From Candidatus Lambdaproteobacteria bacterium (GTDB lineage: Bacteria > SAR324 > JACQKK01), in assembly GCA_016204605.1 (NCBI GenBank), contig JACQKK010000010.1:77549-141548 (forward strand): DNA of 64,000 nt. Direction: 5' to 3'. The notes under the pieces were generated by a model that was not told where the DNA came from, searched no databases, and saw only the letters and a program-made list of their open reading frames with translations. This document shows positions 22,455 to 31,997 of this stretch, in pieces. Each line of letters opens with the position of its first letter. The first letter of the stretch is position 1. The position numbers and the translations under genes are program-made.

Positions 22455-23285
22455 CTACCGGCAGATGCCGCGTTTGGAACTGCGGACGAACGCCGCGAAG
22501 TGCCGCACGCCGGGGGAGCCGCCGAGCTCCGCGTCCAGCCGCGCGAGCGCGTCGGCCTGGGCCAGCCGGCTGCGGAAGAAGATCCGATAGGCCTTCTCGA
22601 TGGCGCGGATCTCCTCGGGGGGGACGCCGTTGCGTTCGAGGCCGATCTTGTTGACGCCATACAGGCGCACGCGGTTGCCCGTGGCGATGACGTAGGGCGG
22701 CACGTCCTGCGCGATCATGGTCTGGCCGCCCGTCATCGTCAGCGTGCCGATGGTGCAGAACTGGTGCACGGCCGTGAAGCCGCCCAGCGTGACCCGGTCC
22801 TCGATGGCGACGTGGCCGCCCAGCGTGGACGCGTTCGCGAACACGGTGTGGTCGCCCACCCGGCAGTCGTGGGCGATGTGGCAGTAGGCCATGATCCAGT
22901 TGTCGCTGCCGACGCGGGTCAGCCCCTCCGGCCCGTGGGAGCCCCGGTTGATCGTCACGAACTCCCGGATCACGTTGTCGTCGCCGATCTCCAGCCGCGA
23001 GACGTCCCGCCCGGTGAATTTCTTGTCCTGCGGGTCGGTGCCGAGCGAGGCGAAGGGGAAGACGCGGTTCCGGCGCCCCAGGCGGGTGGGGCCCTGCACG
23101 CTCGCGTGGTGCATGATCTCGCAGCCCGCCCCGATCTCCACACCCTGGCCGATGACGGCGAAAGCCCCCACCGTCACGCCTTCGGCGAGCACCGCCCCCG
23201 GGTGGATGATGGCCGTGGGATGGATCGCCGCGTGTCCATGGCGCGCCCCGGCCGGCTCCGCCTCCATCGGGTGTAGATTGACCAT
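22455..23285 (-). CDS. lpxA: Acyl-ACP--UDP-N-acetylglucosamine O-acyltransferase
   Basis: The C-terminal ~276 aa of a long ORF. It has left-handed beta-helix hexapeptide repeats, IHPTAIIHPGAVL and the GIGAGCEIMHHASV region typical of LpxA. The start could be 23285 or a few codons downstream. Confidence 0.85.
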   Translation of the reverse strand: MVNLHPMEAEPAGARHGHAAIHPTAIIHPGAVLAEGVTVGAFAVIGQGVEIGAGCEIMHHASVQGPTRLGRRNRVFPFASLGTDPQDKKFTGRDVSRLEIGDDNVIREFVTINRGSHGPEGLTRVGSDNWIMAYCHIAHDCRVGDHTVFANASTLGGHVAIEDRVTLGGFTAVHQFCTIGTLTMTGGQTMIAQDVPPYVIATGNRVRLYGVNKIGLERNGVPPEEIRAIEKAYRIFFRSRLAQADALARLDAELGGSPGVRHFAAFVRSSKRGICR

Positions 23286-23356
23286 GATCCCTGAGCCCTC
23301 CCTGAGCCCGCCGTGCGCGCCGCGACGGCCATCCCACGGCCACGGCGCCCTACGGA

Positions 23357-23450
23357 CGCGACGCCGGCTCGAACGCGGCCGACTCGCACGCGGCGCTCCC
23401 GAACGGGGCGCTCCCGAACGCGGCACCTTCGAACGCGGCGCTTTCGAACG
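23357..23450. repeat. Six imperfect tandem copies of a 15-bp unit (consensus CTCCCGAACGCGGCG) upstream of lpxA
   Basis: I read it directly: GGCTCGAACGCGGCC / GACTCGCACGCGGCG / CTCCCGAACGGGGCG / CTCCCGAACGCGGCA / CCTTCGAACGCGGCG / CTTTCGAACGCCGCA. Confidence 0.7.
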
Positions 23451-23620
23451 CCGCACATCTTGCAACAATTCGGCCGCGAGGGCAACGGACGCACCGGCCC
23501 CCCGGCCCACCTCCGCAGGCCTGCCGCTCCGCGCCCGCCACGCGATGGCGCGCCCATCGTCGGATGTACGCGGAACCGGGAGCGGGGGAAGTTCCCTCGC
23601 CTCGCCGTGACAGGCAGCGC

Positions 23621-23725
23621 CTAGAAGTGATTGTCGCCGTGCACTTCCTGCCAGTGGCTGTGGAGCACAAACCCCACCACCGCAATCAGGATGGCGAATC
23701 CGATGATCGAAATGAACAGGTCCAT
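23621..23725 (-). CDS. Possible tiny hydrophobic membrane peptide (34 aa)
   Basis: MDLFISIIGFAILIAVVGFVLHSHWQEVHGDNHF forms a single TM helix. Local GC is below the background. It lies in the divergent intergenic region between lpxA and the REC-GGDEF gene. Its short length makes the call uncertain. Confidence 0.25.
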   Translation of the reverse strand: MDLFISIIGFAILIAVVGFVLHSHWQEVHGDNHF

Positions 23726-24025
23726 GGTGTCCGTGACGTTCGCGAGCCGTGACGACCGAACCGGGGTGCCGGCGGCGGCGGCCCTGCCGCGGCCATCGCC
23801 GCGGGGCTGCTCCAGGCCGCGCGGGCCGGCTCCTGCGGCGGGACTCGCCGCGCAGGCGGTGCGCCGCCCCTTTACCCTCCTGTTGATGCCTGCACGGCGG
23901 GAATATTGCAAGCGTTGTCCCACCCGGGCATCCTGGCCCCTCGACCCGGCACGGGGCGCCGCAACGAGCGCCGGGGCGAGCGCCAACGCCAACAGGGCAC
24001 GGATCGCAGCGGCAGGAGGCCACCC

Positions 24026-25021
24026 ATGACCCAGATCCTCATCGTCGCCGAGAATCCGGACAATCTGACGATCGCCTCGATGGTGCTCGCCCGGGACCGG
24101 TACGAGATCGTCACGGCCGACAGCGGCGCCGAGGCGCTGCGCAAGGTGCAGGAGGCCAAGCCCGACGTGATCCTGCTCGATATCGTCCTGCCGGAGCTGG
24201 ACGGCTTCGAGGTATGCCGCCGGCTCAAGGCCGATCCCGCGACCCGCCATATCCCGGTGGCCTTCCTCAGCTCGGATCGCACCGACATCGATTCGATTTC
24301 CCACGGGCTCGAGCTGGGCGCCGAGGACTACATCGTCAAGCCCTTCAGCAGCGTCGAGCTGCGCTCGCGCCTGAAGGTGCTGGCCCGGCTCAAGAAGAAC
24401 GTGGACGAGCTGTTCCGCAAGAATGCCGAGCTGCAGGAGGCGAACCAGGCCCTGGAACAGGCGAACGCGGAGCTGGCCTCGACCAAGAAGGAGCTGGAGC
24501 AACTGGCGATCACCGATCCGCTGACGGGGCTGTACAACCGGCGCTACTTCGACGAGCGCATGAACGAGGCGTTCAGCCTGATTCCGCGCTCGCCCATGAC
24601 GATCCACTTCCTGAGCTTCGACCTCGATCACTTCAAGCGGGTCAACGATCAGCACGGCCACCACATGGGGGATCTCGTGCTGGTCCAGTTCTCGAACATC
24701 CTGCGCCGATTCGTGCGCAAGAACGACATCATCGCGCGGATCGGCGGCGAGGAGTTCGTGATCGCCATGCTCCAGATTCCCGCATACGAAGCCCACCGCG
24801 CCGCCGAGCGCATCCGGAGTGAGATGGAGATGCGCACCTTGGGCGGAGAAGGCGTGGCGCTGCGGATGACCACCAGCGTGGGCGTGGCCTCCTATCCGGA
24901 AGTGAAGCTCGACCCGCCCACGCCGGGCGCGCTGCTCAAGGTCTCGGACGATGCGCTCTACCAGGCCAAGAACACCGGCCGCAACCGGATCGTCATCGCG
25001 GCGCCGAGCGGGAGCGCCTGA
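24026..25021 (+). CDS. Response-regulator receiver domain fused to GGDEF diguanylate cyclase (PleD/WspR-like)
   Basis: An AGGAGG ribosome-binding site lies 7 nt upstream of the ATG. The N-terminal REC domain has DIVLPELDG. The GGDEF domain carries a RIGGEEF active-site motif. Confidence 0.85.
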   Translation: MTQILIVAENPDNLTIASMVLARDRYEIVTADSGAEALRKVQEAKPDVILLDIVLPELDGFEVCRRLKADPATRHIPVAFLSSDRTDIDSISHGLELGAEDYIVKPFSSVELRSRLKVLARLKKNVDELFRKNAELQEANQALEQANAELASTKKELEQLAITDPLTGLYNRRYFDERMNEAFSLIPRSPMTIHFLSFDLDHFKRVNDQHGHHMGDLVLVQFSNILRRFVRKNDIIARIGGEEFVIAMLQIPAYEAHRAAERIRSEMEMRTLGGEGVALRMTTSVGVASYPEVKLDPPTPGALLKVSDDALYQAKNTGRNRIVIAAPSGSA

Positions 25022-25221
25022 GCGGCGATCTCACCCCGCCGCGCTCGCCGCGGCGCGCCCCCGCTCCCCGAGGAACAGGGGCTCCGATCCGCCGTGATGG
25101 CTGGTTTGGATCACCCTGCCGCTTCCCGGCGAGCGGGAGGGATCGCAAGGGGCGGGCGGGGTCGCCACCCATCCCGCAGCCAAGGGCTCCTGCCGAGGGC
25201 CCGGCATGCCCTCACGCCCCG

Positions 25222-25662
25222 TCAGCCGGCCTTGCGGGCCGGCTCCTCCCGCACCATCCGGAACTCGCGACAGGCCAGCTCGAGGGCGGTCTCGACGAAG
25301 TCCTTGGGCAGCTCCACGTAGCGCACGTCCTTGCCGCGCTGCCAGCGCACTTCGTCGTGGGCGAGGCCGTGGCCGCCCACCTTGTCGAACTCGAACCACT
25401 CGAAGTCGTACAGGTACTGCAACCGGCTCATGCCCACCCGCTCGCCCTCGGGCGAGACCAGCACCACGCCACGGCCGGGGGGGCCGTGTCCCGCCTCCGC
25501 CGCGGAGCTGGTCACCCGTTCGAGGTAGGCGCGAAAGTCCTTCTTCCCCCAGATGAAGTGCACCATCCAGATGCCGCCCTTGGCGACCGTCTGGAAGATG
25601 GCGAATGTCTCGGTACCGAACTTGTGAACGTTCACCGCACCCTGGCTGTTGGTTGAATCCAT
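25222..25662 (-). CDS. Hypothetical protein (146 aa)
   Basis: The ORF has native GC. I recognise no family with confidence. Confidence 0.35.
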   Translation of the reverse strand: MDSTNSQGAVNVHKFGTETFAIFQTVAKGGIWMVHFIWGKKDFRAYLERVTSSAAEAGHGPPGRGVVLVSPEGERVGMSRLQYLYDFEWFEFDKVGGHGLAHDEVRWQRGKDVRYVELPKDFVETALELACREFRMVREEPARKAG

Positions 25663-25719
25663 CGAGGCGGCCGGCCGGGAAGCTCCCGGCGCCACCCACC
25701 CGGCACGGTAGCGGGGTCG

Positions 25720-26646
25720 CTACCCGATTTTCAAGTGTTTTTCCGCGAGGGCGAAGAGCGCGCGCGCGTCGCCGGGTTCCACCCAGCGGATGCCGGGCTG
25801 GCGGCGAAACCAGGTGCCCTGGCGCTTGGCGTAGTGGCGCGTGCGCCCGGCGATGGTCCCTGCCAGCGTATCGGCCCCGCGCCGCCCCTCGACGTACTCG
25901 ACGATCTCGCGGTACCCGATCGCCCGCAGGGGCTTGAGGCGCGGCGAGAACCCCAGGGCGAGCACACGGTTTACCTCCGCCACCCAGCCGGCGGCGAGCA
26001 TGGCTTCCACACGCCGGTCGATACGCCCGTAAAGCTCGGCGCGTGGCCAGCGCACCTCCAGCAGCAGCAGCTCGGGCGGCGGCGGCGCGAACAGCTGCTG
26101 CCGCTGGAACGCGCTCAGGGGGCGGTTCGTGGCCAGGTGTACTTCGAGCGCCCGGCCGATGCGGGCGGGATCGTGCGGGTGGATGCGCGCGGCGGCGACG
26201 GGATCGCGCCGCGCCAGCTCGCGGTGGCATTCCGCCGGCCCCAAGCGCTCCAGCAGCGCCTGCACGCGGGCGCACACGTCGCCCGGCACCGGCGGGATTT
26301 CCGCCAGCCCGCCCAGCAGCGCCTGCAAGTAGAGCCCCGTGCCCCCGCACAGGATGGGCACCCGGCCCCGGCCCCGGATCGCCGCCAGCGCCTCGACCGC
26401 GGCCCGGCGATAGGCGCCGGCGGAGAACGGCTGGTCGGGCTCCACGATGTCCAGCAGATGGTGGGGCACCCGCGCCCGCTCCGCGGCGCTGGGCTTGGCC
26501 GTGCCGATATCCAGGTGGCGGTATACCTGCATCGAGTCCAGCGAGACGATCTCCCCCCCGAGCCCTTCGGCCAGCGTCAGCGCCAGCGCCGACTTGCCGC
26601 TGGCCGTCGCCCCTACCACCGCCAGCAGCGGCCCCGCGCCCAGCAT
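25720..26646 (-). CDS. miaA: tRNA dimethylallyltransferase
   Basis: 308 aa from MLGAGPLLAVVGATASGKS (P-loop), with an overall MiaA pattern (..SMQVYRHLDIGTAKP..). Confidence 0.85.
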   Translation of the reverse strand: MLGAGPLLAVVGATASGKSALALTLAEGLGGEIVSLDSMQVYRHLDIGTAKPSAAERARVPHHLLDIVEPDQPFSAGAYRRAAVEALAAIRGRGRVPILCGGTGLYLQALLGGLAEIPPVPGDVCARVQALLERLGPAECHRELARRDPVAAARIHPHDPARIGRALEVHLATNRPLSAFQRQQLFAPPPPELLLLEVRWPRAELYGRIDRRVEAMLAAGWVAEVNRVLALGFSPRLKPLRAIGYREIVEYVEGRRGADTLAGTIAGRTRHYAKRQGTWFRRQPGIRWVEPGDARALFALAEKHLKIG

Positions 26647-27065
26647 GCCCGGCCCGGGCGACGCCTGGGGGCCGGGCGCGGGGTTCGCCACCCGTGAAGA
26701 GGCGCTGGGGGGATTGCGGTGCACCTCGTATCCTCGGCGACTTGGCATCCTCGGCGACTTGGACGAGCTGTCCCAGGGCGCGGCAGCCCGCCGCCGGGAC
26801 TGATTGTCTCCAAGTTTAGCGGCGAGCCGCCACGGGGAGCAAGGCCGCGGCCCCAGGCGCCGCAGACCAAGAGGGTGTGCCCCGCGATCGGCCCGGCGCG
26901 ACGCCCCGCCCCGCGCCCACACACTGCGCCCGCCCCGGCCGCCGATCGGGGCCCGGCCCAAGCCGGCTTGACGCCCACGCCCGTGGCTGCGACCCTTCCC
27001 TTCGGGCCGAAGGCCGAGTCGCGGGTAGCGGGTCAGTTCGGTGGACGCGAGCGGGCAGGCGCCGC

Positions 27066-27212
27066 AGCCTCACCCCCGCCGCTGGTGGGGCCGCAGGGTC
27101 CCCACCCCTGCCCCTCCCCACCAAGTGGGGAGGGGTGATGGCAGCCGGCGCGGCTGGCTGGTTCGGGGCTCCTCCCGCTCCACCAGGAGCGGGAGGGCCG
27201 GGGTGGGTGAGT
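27066..27212. repeat. Composite palindromic REP-like element (copy C)
   Basis: It has outer CCTCACCC...GGGTGAG ends and inner hairpins CCCCTCCCC-ACCAAGT-GGGGAGGGG and CTCCCGCTC-CACCAGG-AGCGGGAG. Confidence 0.6.
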
Positions 27213-27378
27213 CCGCCGGCGGATGCGCCTATGTTCCCACGGACCCACTGCCGGGTCGGGACTTGGCAGGCGGTTCCCGACGGGCTATGGGTAAGGACTG
27301 GAAATCCCACGAGCAGTGACCGACCACGGGGACGTTGCTATGGCGAAGCACAAGCAGGCGGGTGCGGTTCCGGGCGGG

Positions 27379-29235
27379 ATGGCGGGCAAGATCCTCCGCG
27401 TGGACCTGGGCACGAGCAAGACCTGGACGACCACGCTCACGCCCAAGGAGGCACGCCAGACGGTGGGCGGCTCCGGCCTCGGCGCGCAGATCCTCTACGA
27501 CGAGGTGCCGGCGCACGTGAACTGGGACCACCCGGAGAATCGGCTGATCATGGCGACCGGGCCCCTGGCCGGCATGCCGGTGTGGGGCACCGGCGGGCTG
27601 ACCGTGGTCACGCGCGGCGCCATGACCAACGGCGCCACCTCGACCCAGGCCAACGGCTTCTTCGGCACCAACCTCAAGTACTCCGGCTACGACGCCATCG
27701 TGCTGCAGGGGCAGGCCCCCGACTGGGTGTACCTCTACATCAACGACGACGAGGTGGAGCTGCGCGACGCCCGCCTCCTGCTGGGCAAGGACACCTGGGA
27801 GACCCAGGACGCGCTCCACGAGGAGCTCGGGCTGCACGGCCACCGGCTGAGCGTCTACTCGATCGGACCGGCCGGCGAGAACCTGGTGCGCTTCGCGGCC
27901 ATCGCGGGCGACTACGGCCACGTGGCGAGCAAGAACGGCTGCGGCGCCGTGATGGGCAGCAAGCGGCTGAAGGCGGTCGCCATCGTGCGCGGCACCAGGC
28001 CGCTCGCGCCCCACGACGCCAAGGGCGTATACCAGGCCGCCGACGTGATCTCGCACGACCTGCAGACCAACCCCACCACGCAGGGGCTGTACAAGCTGGG
28101 CACGCTCTCGGGGGTCGCCAACAACCCCAGGCTGGGCATGCTGCCCATCAAGAACTACACCACCAACCTGGTCGATCCCTCGGTGGACATGAAGACGTGG
28201 GAGGGACAGAGCCTGCGCGACGGGTTCGACCACCGCGGCCACCAGTGCAACGCCTGCGGCATGCACCATTGCCACCAGGTGGTGCTGAACAAGTCGAGCA
28301 AGTACGCCGGCGAGGTGGTGGACGAGCCCGAATACGAGGGCTGGTCCTCGGGCTGGGCCCAGGGGATCACCAAGCCCGCCGACACGGCCTACCTCAACAC
28401 GCGGCTGGACCGCGCCTGCGTGGACCTGAACGAGTTCGGCTGGCTGATCGGCTGGGTGATGGAGTGCTACGAGAAGGGCTACCTGACCAAGGAGCAGCTC
28501 GATGGGATCGAGCCGCGCTGGGGCGATATGGAGGCGTCCAACGCCCTGCTGCAGAAGATCATCCGGCGGGAGGGGGTCGGTAACCTGCTCGCCGAGGGCG
28601 TGAAGCGCGCCTCCGAGAAGATCGGCGGACCCGCGGCGGATTGCGCGATCTACACGCTCAAGGGCAACACCCCGCGCGGCCACGATCACCGCGCGCGTTG
28701 GGAGGAGCTGCTGGATACCTGCGTCGGCAGCGGCGGCACCATCGAGACCGGCCCCGCCGTCGAGCCGGGCGAACAGGGGCGCCCCGCGCGCATCAATCCC
28801 CAGGACCCGGTCGAGGTGCCCAAGAACGTGGCCGGGCTGCTGGGCCGCCGCCATTTCGAGGACTGCCTGGGCTCGTGCCTGTTCACCACGCGCACCAAGC
28901 TCGCCAACATCTGCTTGGCCGTCAACGCCGTGACGGGCTGGGACATGGACGTGCCAGAGGCGGTGCGGGTCGGCAAGCGCGTCTCGGCGCTGATGCGGGC
29001 CTTCAACGTGCGCTGCGGGATCGGCCCGGAGCTGGAGCGGCCCTCGAAGCGCTACGGCTCGATTCCCGTGGACGGCCCGGCGGCCGGCAAGGACAGCCAG
29101 CGCCACTGGGAGGATATGCTCACCCTGTACTACGACATCGCCAGGTACGACCGGAAGACCGGCCGGCCCAAGCCCGAGCTGCTGCAGGAGCTGGGGCTGG
29201 AGCAGGTGTCCCAGGACCTGTGGGGCGCGACATGA
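27379..29235 (+). CDS. aor: Tungsten-containing aldehyde:ferredoxin oxidoreductase family protein
   Basis: The MAGKILRVDLGT N-terminus is typical of AOR. The AOR_N and AOR_C domain sequence is present throughout. An alternative upstream start exists at 27316 or 27340. Confidence 0.85.
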   Translation: MAGKILRVDLGTSKTWTTTLTPKEARQTVGGSGLGAQILYDEVPAHVNWDHPENRLIMATGPLAGMPVWGTGGLTVVTRGAMTNGATSTQANGFFGTNLKYSGYDAIVLQGQAPDWVYLYINDDEVELRDARLLLGKDTWETQDALHEELGLHGHRLSVYSIGPAGENLVRFAAIAGDYGHVASKNGCGAVMGSKRLKAVAIVRGTRPLAPHDAKGVYQAADVISHDLQTNPTTQGLYKLGTLSGVANNPRLGMLPIKNYTTNLVDPSVDMKTWEGQSLRDGFDHRGHQCNACGMHHCHQVVLNKSSKYAGEVVDEPEYEGWSSGWAQGITKPADTAYLNTRLDRACVDLNEFGWLIGWVMECYEKGYLTKEQLDGIEPRWGDMEASNALLQKIIRREGVGNLLAEGVKRASEKIGGPAADCAIYTLKGNTPRGHDHRARWEELLDTCVGSGGTIETGPAVEPGEQGRPARINPQDPVEVPKNVAGLLGRRHFEDCLGSCLFTTRTKLANICLAVNAVTGWDMDVPEAVRVGKRVSALMRAFNVRCGIGPELERPSKRYGSIPVDGPAAGKDSQRHWEDMLTLYYDIARYDRKTGRPKPELLQELGLEQVSQDLWGAT

Positions 29236-29570
29236 ACCCACACGCGGCCGCCCGCTCCGCCGCCGGATCGGAGACGATCCAGGTGACGGTCGAGGCGGCG
29301 TCCTACATCGCCCAGTTCGCGGGCGGCACGGGCTCGGCGGCGCTCGAGTTCGTCGAGACCGTGCGGGCGGGGGCCACGGTGCGCGAGGTGCTGCGCGGCC
29401 TGACCGCTCGCTTCCCCAAGCTCGCCGACGTGCTCTGGCTCGGCGACGAGATCGGCGAGCACGTCGAGGTGGCGGTCAACGATGCCTTCCTCGGCCAGGA
29501 GTACACCCTCGATTCGCCCGTGCGCGCGGGCGACCGCATCATCCTGATCGGCCAGTTCACCGGGGGGTGA
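29232..29570 (+). CDS. MoaD/ThiS-like ubiquitin-fold protein ending in Gly-Gly
   Basis: The ATG overlaps the aor stop (ATGA). The C-terminus ..RIILIGQFTGG* is the hallmark of beta-grasp sulfur carriers. The 111-aa length is longer than canonical MoaD. Confidence 0.6.
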   Translation: MNPHAAARSAAGSETIQVTVEAASYIAQFAGGTGSAALEFVETVRAGATVREVLRGLTARFPKLADVLWLGDEIGEHVEVAVNDAFLGQEYTLDSPVRAGDRIILIGQFTGG

Positions 29571-29582
29571 GCGCGGCCGCGA

Positions 29583-29706
29583 CCTCACCCCCTGGCCCCC
29601 TCTCCAAGAAACGGAGAGGGGAAATGCGCGCCAATCCGCGCGGGTGGCCGACCAGCGGCCCCCTCGCTCTCCAATTCTTGGAGAGGGAGGGCTGGGGAGG
29701 GTGAGG
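29583..29706. repeat. Composite palindromic REP-like element (copy A) between convergent moaD-like and proB
   Basis: CCTCACCCCCTGGCCCCCTCTCCAAGAAACGGAGAGGGG ... CTCTCCAATTCTTGGAGAGGGAGGGCTGGGGAGGGTGAGG. It could act as a bidirectional terminator. Confidence 0.6.
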
Positions 29707-29720
29707 TGGCGCGGCGGCCG

Positions 29721-30803
29721 CTACACCAGCAGCATGCGCTCCTTGCGGATGGCGGGCTGGGAGCGGGAGCCGCGGCGCTTGTGGCGCAGCAGCGCCAGCA
29801 GCTCCTCCGCGGAGAAGTGGATCAGCCCCACCCCGAGTTTCTCCTCGGCCTTGTTGAAGATCTCCACGATATCCCCGCTGCTGAAGCTGCCCACGACGGC
29901 GGTGATGCCGGCGGGAAGCAGGCTCTTGTCGTTGCGCAGGGCGCGCTCGGCGCCCTCGTCCACCGTGATGCGGCCGCTGGTGAGCGCCCCGAAGCGCAGC
30001 CACTGGCGGTAGCTCTTGAGCCGCTTGGTGGTGACCCGGAAGCGCGTGCCGATCGCTTCGCCGTCGAGGATGCGGGGCACCACGTCGGGCAGCTTGCCCG
30101 GGGCGATGTGGGTCTCGATGCCGAAGGAGGTCGCCATCTCCGCGGCCTTGAGCTTGGAGAGCATCCCGCCGCGCCCGCCCGCGGAGAGCGACGTCTCGCA
30201 GGAGTCCCACATCTCCTGGGTGATGCGCTCCACCTCGGGCAGCAGCCTGGCTTCGGTGCTGGCGTGGGGGTCGCCGCCGAGGAAGAAGCCCTCCGCCGTG
30301 GTGAGCAGGAACAGCCGGTTCGCCCCGATCATCGGGGCCACCGCCGCGGCCAGGTAGTCGTTGTCGCCGAAGGTGAGGGCCTCGGTGGCCACCACGTCGT
30401 TCTCGTTGATGATCGGGAGCACGCCGTGCTGGAGCAGCCCCTCGATCACGTTGCGGATATTGAGATAACGCTCGCGGTCGCCCAGGTCGGCCCGCGTGAG
30501 CAACGCCTGGCCTACGCTCAGATCGTACTCGCGGAAGAAATCGGCGTAGAGCGCCATCAGCCGCGGCTGGCCGAGGGAGGTCATCATCTGCCGCCGCACC
30601 AGCCACTTGCGCTCGCGGCTGAGGTCGGCCATGCCCTGCGCGGCGCCGGCCGCGCCGGAGGTCACCAGCACCACGGTGTGCTTGCGCCGGCGCAGGTCGC
30701 CGATCTGGGCGACGATCTGGTGGATGACGTTGTAGTCCAGCGCTTGATTGGGCTGGGTGAGCACGTTGGTGCCCACCTTGACCACCAACCGTTCAGCAGC
30801 CAT
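29721..30803 (-). CDS. proB: Glutamate 5-kinase (with C-terminal PUA domain)
   Basis: 360 aa. MAAERLVVKVGTNVLT.. and the VLVTSGA and GGM(L)SKL motifs match ProB. Confidence 0.9.
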   Translation of the reverse strand: MAAERLVVKVGTNVLTQPNQALDYNVIHQIVAQIGDLRRRKHTVVLVTSGAAGAAQGMADLSRERKWLVRRQMMTSLGQPRLMALYADFFREYDLSVGQALLTRADLGDRERYLNIRNVIEGLLQHGVLPIINENDVVATEALTFGDNDYLAAAVAPMIGANRLFLLTTAEGFFLGGDPHASTEARLLPEVERITQEMWDSCETSLSAGGRGGMLSKLKAAEMATSFGIETHIAPGKLPDVVPRILDGEAIGTRFRVTTKRLKSYRQWLRFGALTSGRITVDEGAERALRNDKSLLPAGITAVVGSFSSGDIVEIFNKAEEKLGVGLIHFSAEELLALLRHKRRGSRSQPAIRKERMLLV

Positions 30804-30969
30804 CGGGCGATCGGGGAGCGGAAGACCGGGTGCGCAGGCGGGCCAATCCGCCGGCAGGTGACTGAGCGACGCGCGCCCGGAGCGTCCGACGGGCGCCGGC
30901 GCGGCCGCTGCACATCCACCGCGCCACTCTAGACCAACATGCCGCGCCGCGCCAGCGGCGGCGCGGACG

Positions 30970-31099
30970 GCCTCACCCACCCCGGCCCTCCCTCTCCTGG
31001 GGGAGAGGGACGGAGCTCCTGATCGGCCACCGAAGCGGATTCGGACGCGCCCCCTCTCCCCCAGGAGAGGGGGCTGCCGCGCCAGCGGCGGGGGTGAGG
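30970..31099. repeat. Composite palindromic REP-like element (copy B)
   Basis: CCTCACCCACCCCGGCCCTCCCTCTCCTGGGGGAGAGGGA ... CCCCTCTCCCCCAGGAGAGGGGGCTGCC...GGGGGTGAGG. Confidence 0.6.
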
Positions 31100-31186
31100 C
31101 TGCGGCGCCTGCCCCCTCGATTCCACCGAACCGACCCACTACCCGCGGCCGGCGCACGGCGCGGGAGTCGCCGGCGCTGTGCGGGC

Positions 31187-31936
31187 TCACCCGCTGCTCG
31201 GGCGCACCAGCACGTCGTGGATCTGCACGCGCGGATGGGCGGAGAGCATGAACCTGATGATATCGGCGATGTCGTCGGACTCGAGCGGCGTGCCGGCGCG
31301 GGCCGCGGCGCTGGTCCTGCCGCGGGAGCCGACCTCCGCGATTTCCGTGGCCACGATGCCCGGTGAGATCATGCCGATCTTGGTCTTGCTCTGGCGTTCG
31401 ACCAGCTCGCTGCGCACGCCCTCGGTGATGGCCTTCACGGCATGCTTGGTGCCGCCGTAGAACACGTTCTTGTTGCCCGGCCGCATGGAGTGGGCGCCCA
31501 TGGACGAGATGTTGATGATGTAGCCCTCGTCGCGGTTGGCCATGTCGAGGATCGCTTCGCGGATGCAGATGGTGAGGGCGAGCACGTTGACCTCGAGCAT
31601 CTGCCGGAACTCGGCGTCGGTGCGCCTGACCAGCGCGCCGCCCCAGCCCAGGCCGGCGTTGTTGATGAGCACATCCACGCCGCCCCATTCCTTCCGCACG
31701 GACTTCCACATATCGTGGATATCGGCCTCCTTCTGCAGGTCGGTGGGGATGACGAGCACCTTCGCGCCACCGGCCTCGAGCTCCTTCTTGAGCTGCTGAA
31801 GCCGTTCCGCGCGCCGTGCGCAAACGGCGACCTTCATGCCTTCCTTGGCCAGCATGACGGCCGTGGCGCGCCCGATCCCGCTCGACGCGCCCGTGACCAG
31901 CGCCACCTTCCCCTTCCAGCGATCCATTCCCACCAT
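31187..31936 (-). CDS. Short-chain dehydrogenase/reductase (SDR) family oxidoreductase
   Basis: 249 aa with a TGASSGIG Rossmann motif, NNAG, and a YxxxK catalytic dyad (YGGTKHAV). A GGAG ribosome-binding site precedes the ATG. Confidence 0.8.
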   Translation of the reverse strand: MVGMDRWKGKVALVTGASSGIGRATAVMLAKEGMKVAVCARRAERLQQLKKELEAGGAKVLVIPTDLQKEADIHDMWKSVRKEWGGVDVLINNAGLGWGGALVRRTDAEFRQMLEVNVLALTICIREAILDMANRDEGYIINISSMGAHSMRPGNKNVFYGGTKHAVKAITEGVRSELVERQSKTKIGMISPGIVATEIAEVGSRGRTSAAARAGTPLESDDIADIIRFMLSAHPRVQIHDVLVRPSSG

Positions 31937-31997
31937 GACGTTCTCCTCTTGATGATGACCGGGCGCCGCCCGCCCTCGCGGGCAGGAGGGCCTGGCC

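Noticed and set aside
21327-23276. 649-aa plus-strand ORF opposite argJ and lpxA
   Set aside because: It is antisense to two well-supported genes. Its low-complexity product is rich in Arg, Gly, Ala and Asp.
25031-26350. 439-aa minus-strand ORF overlapping miaA
   Set aside because: It is an alternative frame of the miaA region with a Pro/Arg/Gly-rich product. miaA in the other frame has the P-loop and family signature.
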